A stretch of DNA of 61,917 nt, filler included, from Basidiobolus ranarum (Eukaryota): assembly GCA_040143965.1 (NCBI GenBank). It is 12 parts of 12 records of this genome, joined end to end, with 100 filler letters (N's around TTAATTAATTAA, not from the genome) between each part and the next. Parts side by side here need not be neighbours in the genome. Positions count along the whole stretch, not along the records: positions 51,717 to 56,772 come from JASJQH010001730.1; positions 56,873 to 61,917 come from JASJQH010001731.1; 10 more parts are not named here. The stretch is one strand, 5' to 3'. This document shows, piece after piece, positions 52,476 to 61,917 of this stretch. The position numbers and the translations under genes are program-made. The stretch's first letter is position 1, and every line of letters starts with the position of its first letter. The notes beneath the pieces are model-generated. The model worked only from the letters and a program-made list of their open reading frames with translations. It had not been told where the DNA came from and searched no databases.

Positions 52476-53922
52476 ATGGCCTTTTACAAATCTAGAAGAA
52501 ATACTTCTGGAAAGAAAAAAACTTCCAAATCAGGTACGCCTTCTCCACGAAACTCGTGCATTGCTCCTGGTTTAACAGTGTTAGCACATCCTTTTTATTT
52601 CTACACATTTCAGTTAAAGCACGTACCAATAACGTTGAAAAGAACACCGATGCAAAAAGTGAGTATCAAACATAACTTAAAATAACCTAAACTATCAACT
52701 AAAGATATTTTTCAATAGCGTCATACGTAATAGAGTCAGATTCAAACGATAATGAAGTTCCATCTGAAGCAGTCCCTTACAAGCAAACTTTACACGCGAA
52801 AAAGAAGTCTCGCAAATCAGTTTCTTTTGGCACTCTTTCCAAAGACTTACAACCCGAGTCACCAGAGTTTTCAGTCTTAGTTTCTCCACCTAGAGATCGG
52901 GATATGGTAACCGACTATACTGTTGATCACTCACCCATACCACCTCGAAAGAAAGCAAGCGTGAAAACTCAGAGTCCAAATAAGAGCCGAAAGAGTACAT
53001 CGGCTGCCCTTGACAAAGCAAAACCTGAGACTATCAAGAAAACAACCGTAGTAAAAGAAGATATTGTAGAAACCTCGGATGATATTCGCAAGGTACTTGA
53101 CCATATTCTTTCTTAGTTATTTTGGTTGTTGCTGTTGGTAACACTCCTCTAAGGTCAAAAGACAGTATCGCGACCTACTCGAAAGGTACGAGGACTTGAA
53201 ACAAATCGGTATTCAAGACGCGGAAGCCAACTTTGGAGAGTATAAAAGAAATGCAGAAGACAGATTCAAGTGTAAGTGCCTCTGTCAAGATTTCCTTTCA
53301 CGTTAGTCAATCTAAATACCAGTTATACAGTCTCAGACGATGTCATCAACCAGCTAAAAGGCCAGATAGCCACTCTGAAGAAATCCAAAGTAAATTCCGA
53401 GGAGGAGCGTTTGATTGAGAAGCAACGAGAAGAGCTGGAGGTACTCAGGAGTCAAGGTATGGTGATGCATTGATAGTGCGCTCCATGGATAATCCAATTT
53501 AACATGTCTTCTTTAGTCGAACACGCTGAAAGTCTCCAATTCTCTGTAGATCCAAAGCAGGATGATCTCTCTCTATCTTTGGCACTCTATCGGGAGCTTG
53601 CTGATTTGAAGATTCGTCACGTGGAGTCGGAAGAGGACATGACAGTGTGGGAGTGTGAGCAAAGTGGTCGCAATGGAGGTAAGTTATGAATCACGCTTCT
53701 AATTCTTCAACACACGAATCTCATCTCCATTTAGATTTCCGGTATTTACTGAGGTTAGAGCATGAGGATCCAGACACATACCATTTTGAGCCTATCTTGG
53801 AAAAAGACACGGCACTTTTACAAATATTACCTGCTTACCTGACCGAAGCCATATCATTCTCCAAGAACGACGCTGGGGTGTTCTTTTGGAAGCTGTTCAA
53901 TTCGTTACAGCAGGATTCTTGA
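52476..53922 (+). CDS. CSM1: Monopolin subunit Csm1/Pcs1, multi-exon
   Basis: Spliced coiled coil RYEDLKQIGIQDAEANF; LYRELADLKIRHV...WECEQSGRNG|.FRYLL...LPAYLTEAISF...FFWKL matches the Csm1 C-terminal domain. Confidence 0.75.
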
Positions 53923-54097
53923 GAATCCCCTTTCTTATGTACAGTATTTGTATTCCCTTTTGAATAGATGTTTATTTGCTGGATGGTTTGTTTATCATTG
54001 TCCTAGCACTTTTGTTTGTTTAATAAAAAATGTTTCTCTGCATGTATAAGGTCAAGGATATATATAACATATAAAGCTGTACATTAAAAAGGCTTCT

Positions 54098-55021
54098 TCA
54101 TTTTTTACGAGAAAGGATTTTCTCTTGCAAGGCTAGAAATTCTTCCTCTGAAGGCTCTTCTACTCTGGTTTTTCTCTTTTTAGTGGTCTTCTTGGATTCC
54201 TTCTTAGCGTACTTGGCCTCCAAGTTGTCAACAAGTTGATTCATTCTTTTGGCACTCCGTTGTTGGATCAAAGCCTTAAGAGAGTCTTCATCATTTTCTT
54301 GGTTCTTCTTTCTCTTTAGTTTTTTGTCCAGGCCAAGCTCCTTTGCCAGTTCTTCCGCCTCTTTAGCCTCTCTTGCAGCTTGTTCACGTCTACGGGTTTT
54401 GGCCTTTTCGTCGACCTTGGTGAATTTCTTGTATGGCTTAATATCACCTTCATCAATGGCCGTTTGTAATATCTTGCGTATACGATCTTCATCCTCTACT
54501 TCAGCAAGTAATACCGACTGCATAATCAGTTCAATATCCCCCTTATGAGTTTCATAAGCAACCATTAAGTCGTCATATTCTTCTTTCGATCCTAAGAACA
54601 AAGGAGTATTTTAGAGAAACCCAGTTTGGTATACCTTTACCACTCTCAAGAGAATCATACCTTTATATTTCTCGGAAAATTCTTGAATACTCTCCTCCGT
54701 TATACCAGTGAAAATCTCTTGAAAGTAAGCAGTCCAGTCTCTTCCCTCTACATCGTCAAATAAACCTTCCTCAGTAGAACCAGTTCTATCATATTGTTTA
54801 CGACGTTTTTCGTCACTTAATACGACATAAGCGAAACTGATCTGTTGAAACTTCAGTTTGGCCACCTCTACAGAGTCCCGAGTTTTATCCGGGTGGTGTA
54901 ATAAAGCCAACTTATAATATGCACGTTTAATCTCACTCGGTGAGGCATCTTTACTTACTTCAAGTGTAGAGTAAAGATCTAAATCTGCGGTGGCAAATTC
55001 TAAACTATCTTGGTCGGTCAT
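54098..55021 (-). CDS. DnaJ protein, DNAJC9-like; one intron (~54593-54660)
   Basis: J domain with HHPDK; FSEKYK|GSKEEYDDL..AY...GD...I and DEDRIR; EAKEAEELAKELG; C-terminal EPSEEEF. Confidence 0.88.
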
Positions 55022-55833
55022 GTTCAAAGTAGTTTCGATTAATGAACTAGTTTTAAGATTTGAGAAGTGGGGGACATTTTCTAGGAATGACTCAGTAGTA
55101 AACAAAGTAATGCGATACTTTGATGGGTTTCAATCAAGTAAACAATCAATACCGAACTCGAATCATGGGATTTTGATCAAATTAGGTATAAATAAGTATT
55201 CAACGGTGGAAGTCATACTAATTAGTAAAATAGTATGAGGAATCAAGCGGTTCTTTTAGAGTCAAGAACCCATACTTAAACTGACAATAACCTCATTCCA
55301 TTTGTATTCATGTGTGGTTGTTTTCTATACAAATCTTTCTTACCTAATCCCCTATTTTTTACTAGACCTTCTTTAGTGAAGCGGTATTGCACTCAAGATT
55401 ATGTTGATTATCACTCGCACTTGTGATTTCTCATCTGAATGTAAATTATGCTTTCATTACTTGCTCAATTGTAAAAGCTATAGTATATCCCTCAGTATGG
55501 CAATTCCTAATTTAGATCGATATTTCTGAATCTAACGTATTAATTAAACAAAAACCAATCGATGAGAAAGGCACTCTCCCGATCAAGAAATAACTTATTT
55601 ACGCTTTAAGAAACAATTGAAATTAAATACTAGGATTGTTTTCTGTAGGTTCAATAATAAACCTCTTTAAGATATGTTGTAAAACTGGTGTTTTGGTTCC
55701 CAAGATATTGCTAAAAGCTTCTAACTGCAGGCTAATTAAATTCTAGATTAATGCGAATAATTTGGTTATGAGATGGTTGATTCTCTCCCTAGACAATTGT
55801 TCCTCATTGCTTGGGCAGCAAAGATATTGAGAA

Positions 55834-56573
55834 TATTGAAAATAGCATTGCCTAAGCACCTATATAGTCATATATAGCTTAGTATTTAGCTATCCTTTAT
55901 TGAACTAAGATGTTACCCATCACTCTCATGAGGAACTTACTTGGAAATTTGAAGATATATAGACTTTTCAAACTTGTGTTAGAATCCCCAAACTTTGAAC
56001 ATATGCTCCTGGGACCTTTCTTAACTTATTCTTCATGTAATTTGTTTATATCTTGACAAAACTATAAATGTCAACTTTCAACTCAATAAATCAGTAAGTT
56101 AAAACTACCAATATCTCTAATTCTCCAAATCACTTCCAACAGGCTCCCAAACACTTTAACAGGTTATAAGCCCCAAGCTTGCACTCTCTGTAATGTCTAC
56201 TTCTCAAATCTCTGGATCTTTTCCCTTGTCTGAAAAATTGGATGGAACCAATGATCAAGTTTGGAGAATTATAATGAAAATGCTGCTGCAAGAAAAAGCA
56301 CTTTGGGACACTGTTGTAGAAGAAGAAAACAATGCAAAACTATTTGAAACCAAAGCTTTGGTCCAGATTAAAAAAAACTAAGTGCCTTTAACAAAATTTG
56401 TCTCAGTGTTAAAGACCAATTGCTAATTCAATATTCAGGAGCCAAAACTGCCAAGAAGATATGGAAAGCCTTGGAAGACACCTACCAAACATGTTCTGCT
56501 GCTAACAAGATGTTTCTGAGAAGACAATTCTTTAACTTAAAGATGAAGTCAGGAGATGACATTAAATCACTAA
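55834..56573 (+). mobile_element. Ty1/copia retrotransposon 5' end: family A LTR (55834-56161), PBS (56162-56174) and frameshifted gag (56193-56573)
   Basis: LTR ends TAACA, then GGTTATAAGCCCC; gag reads EKLDGTN..VW...MKMLL.EK.LW, then after a shift in an A8 run ICLSVKD...TAKKIWKALEDTY....ANKMFLRRQFFNLKM. Confidence 0.9.
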
Positions 56574-56772
56574 TGCTGGAGGATCTTGACATAATGGGGT
56601 TAGACTTTGAGTATTAGAAGCAACTTATGATAGTGTGTTTTAGTTAGTTTATTCTTAAGATTATATGGTGACTTATATAATAGAAAAGTAAATCAATTGT
56701 TTGAGATATTCAGGAGTTTGTGTAATAAGATATAATAGATAAGTGGGGGTAATAAGACATACTTGTTATATA
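56574..56772 (-). mobile_element. Family B LTR (3' part) interrupting the family A gag; cut by the contig end
   Basis: Near-identical to 61568-61766; minus strand has TATATAA and AATAAA and ends GATCCTCCAGCA (consensus of the two copies ...CCAACA). Confidence 0.78.
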
Positions 56773-56872
56773 NNNNNNNNNNNNNNNNNNNNNNNNNNNN
56801 NNNNNNNNNNNNNNNNTTAATTAATTAANNNNNNNNNNNNNNNNNNNNNNNNNNNNNNNNNNNNNNNNNNNN

Positions 56873-59800
56873 GCAGATGTGAGCGAGCTATTGACAAGGA
56901 TCATGTGAGTTGAAGATATCTTATACATTAAGTGTAATGAGACATACTTGGTGATAGCGGCCGTTTCGTTCTTTGTTGTGGGCGGAAGGGCTATTGCTGG
57001 GATTATACACGTCTCTAGAATCCTGAGTGATGCTGGGTTCAGATTCGGATTCTCCATTCGTATTGTTTGGCCTAGTTCGAAAATAATCTCATTGAACGAG
57101 GATATAATCAAATTGGTGATGGAGAGGGTTTGGGTAGCTGAAGTTCCTAAAAGAATTTGCTTCAGATTGGATTTCGAGTAGCCTTCAGTCATATTACAAT
57201 ATAACAAACCTGATGGGGAAGTTTTGACCTTCTCACCAACGTTGTAGAGAATCCAATCGTACAGCTCTTGAAAGCCGTCAAGAAGTGCTGAGATATCGGG
57301 TTAGTTGTTTGAAAGGCCTACGGCACGTTGTATATAGCAATGACATTACCATAAAGCTGGTTGGATTGATTCGTTTGTTTCTTGGTTGTACAGCTAGCTA
57401 ACCATCTTAAATTGTCACGTAATCCATGATCCATCGTCTCCGTAGTCATAGTAAGAATGTGATGCGTTGATATGAATTTATGTAAGCTAAGGGAGTTTAG
57501 TCCTAGTCCACTTTCAACCTGAAATGTTCAACAAGATATTGATATCATATCTTTCGATGGGGAGAGCATTGGCCAACTTACCGATTGCTTAAAGTAAGTG
57601 ATAGATTCATCAGAAGACGGCCAAAATACAACCAGAAGAGGGAGAGATAAATCAGAGCTCAGATGTAGGAACTCTCTGAGCATTTCTCTCTGCTGAGACC
57701 AATACTGGACACTTATGGAATAGATAAGTAAGTAGCTCATCAGTAACAGCTACGTAGCAGTGATTACTTACATTTTCTCTTTGTTCGAGTGATCTTCTGG
57801 GAAGAAAGATACTTGGAAGATAGTTGCGGAGAATCTCATGCTCTATTGAAAAAATCTGTCAATACAATTCGCCAATTATAGGGTACTTCTAGAGATTTAC
57901 CTTTGGCCTAGCGTTTCCGATAGAGTTATTTGGAAGCAGAGAAATATTGTATCGAGGGTTTTCTTCATGAAATTCAAAAAAATCTACTCCGTTAGCAGCT
58001 TTGGGCCATACATGGGACGGTCCTAACTTGATACGCAGCCATTTGGCGGTTAATTCGTTCATTGAATCATAACAGATTCCAAGTGACCAAGGTAGATCCC
58101 AAGTCTCGGAATTCAAGGATTGCTTCAAAAGATCATGAACTGGAATAGGCTCCCATAGATATTTGCTGTGCTCAGCCTAAATACACAAAGTACCCATTTA
58201 ATAAAATACGTGAATGTTTATAAGATGTATAGGATGTAACCTCTTCGAGAGCAGTCGCTATATTCGATCCGTTAGCGTCTTCCGTGATGGTTAACCCGCG
58301 TCCTTCTGTCAAGCCATTCTTACTAACCCCCACAAGAAGTCGAACCTGGTCATCTAAAGATGTTTGGGGGTTGCAAATTCCTAGTGATCGAAAGTTGAGT
58401 GATGATTTCAGTGCTAACTGTCTCTCTATCTCACGTTGAGTCTTTATCTCAATATATACATCTTTCCAACGGGTGAACCCTTTTCGTAGGGACTTGAAGT
58501 TGGAAATTGATGACGCAACAGTGCTTTCAATAGATTCTTGAACAGTGCTCGCGAATATGAACTGAAATGCTTCTTCAGCTATAGCTTCAATCATGGCCGC
58601 TTTCCTCCTTTCATTCTCTATACATTGTGCTACTAATACACAAGCAATATTCGATACATAGTTTCCTGTGGTCTCTAACACGAGACTGTCCAGGATCTCT
58701 CGTGACATTGAGTCTATTAACCTTTGTCTTTCTTCTTTGGCTTTCTTTACTTTTTCTAATTCAGCTAAACGTTGTTTTACCGACTCGGTAGAATCGATCT
58801 GCTTGCTAGGGGCATTTTCACTTTTCGGAAAAGTTATCGAATTGTCTTGCTTGGGCGTCCCGAGGGTGGTCGGGATGGTTGGAGGTACTGGTACGAATCC
58901 TACAGGGGTCAAAGAGCTATTCGGTAATACCCTCTTTTGATCGTTCAGCGAAAGAATTTTCGGGGGTGCTGAATACAATGGATCTACTGTGGTGGTCGCT
59001 GGGCCATGCGATGGCAACCCTTTATTATCTAGTGCGCTCAGAGAAAAAGAAAAGTTAGGTTTCGGCGAAGGTGGAATCGATTTGAGTGATGGGGTGCTTG
59101 AGGCCGGAGGCTGAGAAAAAGGTGACGGCTTTTGAGTAGACGGTATCGTGTGTGGTTTCATTTCTACTTCAGAGTTTACCACACTTGAGTGGTTTCGGGG
59201 CCTAGAATCAGGAATCGAATATTTGGCTACGGGCATGGTAAGATCAAAGGTCATTGCAAAGGCATCCGAATCAGTTCCATCTTTCGAAAGAATTCCGTTT
59301 ACAATATCTCCGTTGGATAATCCATTCCTTTTGGATTCGACAAGTCTCAGTGACTTGATTTGCTTGAAAGTTTGGTCGGAATCTTACCAATTGTAGCAAA
59401 GAGAACAGGCAAGTTAGTACTGAAAACATGCTTAGAGGGTTGAGTAGTGATTATGTACCATAAAAAGTCAGTCTCTTGCTTTCCACGTCTTTTTTACCAA
59501 ATTTCACCATTAAAACTGGATCTTCGATGACCTCCAGGCCATAGGTTTGACATTCTTGAATGGCTTGATCTTCATCGTCAAACCATAATAGTTCGACTAA
59601 ATCGCTCACGGGAAATCCTTGCAGCTGATAAAGAAAGGTTTTGTTCATCGCCTTCAGAGCATACTTCCTTACATCTACAAAATGCCACTCGAGAAGACAA
59701 GCCATCAAATATGACGTATGTCCATTTCTCACCAGTTTGAAAAACTTCGAGAAAAAATTGGGTGCTGCTTCGCAATTTGGTGACATATTTCTCTTGTAAT

Positions 59801-60976
59801 ATGCATTGTTGATTTGGCACAGAGAATGGAACTTCAAAGCTTGCTGAACAATAGAGGAGCAAAATATCTCTTTGGGGTATAGTTGTGCTTGACGTGCCAT
59901 ATCGATATCTCGCAGATGAGTGATAATGTTATACGCTCGGAACTCAGCTTCATTAGGACAAGGTATTCCCTCTTCACGCAGGTCGTCGTAAAATTCTTGT
60001 AAGCTTCGAAGTACTAATTGAAAAGAAAGGTCTCAATGAGCTGCAGACACATATTAATCACCACGACGAGAATCTACCTTTACGAAGTTGTTCTGTCTCT
60101 TGCTGCTCACTGAAGCTGGGGTTATCGCATAGCTGATGGAGGCATAGAATGTGATATCGGGCAATTCGTTCGTGAGCCGATACCGCTTCTAGACTTCTAC
60201 AATTTTGAAGGGTAAAGTCCTGTCTAATAGATCTAGTTCTGTCTCTAATAAATCCATGGGAATCCTCTAAACCTGGGTCATTTCCCACTATTTCGTCAAT
60301 CAAATAATCTAAAGTTCTCTTTTCCAAAAGTCAACATAAAAACTCAACCAACAAATACTTGTTGAAGTACTAACAGTAAGAACCGGAGGTGGACGGACAT
60401 CACTAGGAAGAGGCTGTTCATTTCCGGCGGCCGGGCGATGGTATGCTTTAACAGCGCGTGCATGGTCAATCCTGCTTGTGCCAGGTATCTAAAATAATTA
60501 ATAAAATAATGGGCCGCAGTTTTCGTGGATGCGTCACTAGTTATACCTCGCTATCAACAGAAAAAGACATAGAGAAGATGTCCAAGAGAATTCTGAAATC
60601 CATTACATACCAATTCAAATTTTTCCAAGTTCTTTTGATATTCTCTTTCTTCGCGTTCAAATTCTGGACACATATCCTGACAAGTTCCAACGAAGTTGAT
60701 GGCCTGATCCAACCGTATTGGTTTATTAGGATCTTGGATCAGGCCCTTGGCAATGTAATCTGCTCGAAGAGCGGGTCGTATTGCTTTAAGCTACATTTTA
60801 GGTTGAAGTAAGGGGTCTCCATTTAATGGAAGGCAAAATGATAACGTTTTACTTGTAAATCAAAAGCAAACCTCTTGGTATCTATTTGCATCAGGAACAT
60901 TATTGAAACGGGCAGCGCGTTCTTCGGAAGTTTGACCCTCTTCTTTAACGTAATCAGTTCTTTTACTCCTTATCAT
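56873..60976 (-). CDS. SAC3: SAC3/GANP mRNA export factor (TREX-2), multi-exon, 3'-truncated
   Basis: FVGTCQDMCPEFER, AVKAYHRPAAG...LPSDVRPPPVL, HGFIRDRTRSIRQDFTLQN, HERIARYHI, CPNEAEFRAY, SYLMACLLE.HF. Confidence 0.94.
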
Positions 60977-61567
60977 GACTACAAGTCTATACACTAAGGT
61001 TGAGGAAATGAAAGACTTGACTTGTATAGAGAATCAACCACTACGCGTTCATATATTTGACCTTCAGTTATTTAAGTGTTACCTTCTTTCATAATTCATT
61101 CATTGGTAGACTGATCGTAATTTTATGATTGTTTATCCGAATTCACAATGTATGATTAAAAGGACTTTTTGCAATCGATCTGGTTAAGATCATGTGTCAC
61201 TTTCATTATACTAAAAATGTTGGAATTAGGATTTTAATAGTCTTTAAACCTCTATCAAATCTGCTAATCTGATGTTAGCATACTTACTCTCTCCGATACA
61301 GGGAGCATGCTGGAATATTTGGTAGGGCATGTCTGGATATTACATTGAATCGTACACCAAAGCTTAGCATTCCATTGTTGCTGTATTCTGATCCCGCAAC
61401 AATATGTAAAGTTGAATACACAAACTTCCCAATGCTTATTTCTAAAATTGCAACAATCACCATATCAGGCGCATTTCTAAAAAAGTTGATGTAATTCCAA
61501 GCGTAACTAACACATTAACACAGACAACTTTTTTGGACAAGCATACTGCAAGCTCCAGAATGCAGTA

Positions 61568-61806
61568 TATTGGAGGATCTTGACATAATGGGGGTAGACT
61601 TTGGGTATTAGAAGCAACTTATGATAGTGTGTTTTAGTTACTTTATTCTTAAGAGTATATGGTGACTTATATAGTAGAAAAGTAAATCGATAGTTTGGGA
61701 TATTCAGGAGTTTGTGTAATAAGATATAATAGATAAGTGGAGGTAATAAGACATACTTGTTATATAGATAGAGAGATATTCCTACTTAGAATATAGGGGC
61801 TATAGA
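61568..61806 (-). mobile_element. Family B LTR (3' part), abutted or interrupted by a family A LTR
   Basis: Shares ~200 nt with 56574-56772; no TG.. start is visible before the family A sequence begins. Confidence 0.78.
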
Positions 61807-61917
61807 TGTTAAAGTATTTGGGAGCCTGTTGGAAGTGGTTTGGAGAATTAGAGGAATTGGTGGTTTTCACTTATTGATTTATTGAGTAGAAAGTTGATAT
61901 TTATAGTTTTGTCAAGA
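61807..61917 (-). mobile_element. Family A LTR, 3' part, cut by the window end
   Basis: Reverse complement reads TCTTGACAAAACTATAAAT...CAATAAATCAA...CTCCCAAATACTTTAACA, as in the other family A copies. Confidence 0.9.

Noticed and set aside
56368-56381. Programmed ribosomal frameshift at the A8 run in gag
   Set aside because: It is early in gag rather than at a gag-pol boundary, and the copy is otherwise decayed; a homopolymer indel is simpler.

Overview
This is not one locus. It is 12 unlinked ~5.05-5.08 kb contigs, sorted by decreasing length and joined by an artificial 100-nt spacer (N-run/TTAATTAATTAA/N-run). The DNA is eukaryotic, AT-rich and has short GT-AG introns. Gene content (ERG1, CHO1, class IV chitin synthase, Csm1/Pcs1, Rhizopus-like L-LDH, SERCA) points to a fungus, probably early-diverging (inference). 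Recognisable genes are tandem L-LDH copies, a CBM9-like protein, a ClpB/Hsp104 C-terminus, an HMG-box factor, SERCA, chitin synthase, a sugar porter, ERG1, CHO1, an Slm1-like protein, a fasciclin, malate synthase, Csm1, a DNAJC9-like protein and SAC3. Mobile DNA comprises a Ty1/copia LTR family (three solo LTRs with 5-bp TSDs, plus one 5' LTR with a half-tRNAiMet PBS and gag), a second LTR family, degenerate CACTA-like and PIF/Harbinger-like transposases, and strongly CpG-depleted blocks. The best observations are missed by the ORF track: (i) a deletion-shredded importin-beta pseudogene fused to a DHA2 MFS pseudogene; (ii) a pseudogenised secreted MBL-fold hydrolase; (iii) a ~110-bp repeat whose end seems to provide 3' splice sites in CACTA-like coding remnants; (iv) identical LDH coding copies with diverged flanks; (v) reciprocal nesting of two LTR families. 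I found no convincing novel multi-gene system, and synteny cannot be read across spacers. All family calls come from motif recognition by eye, not database searches.
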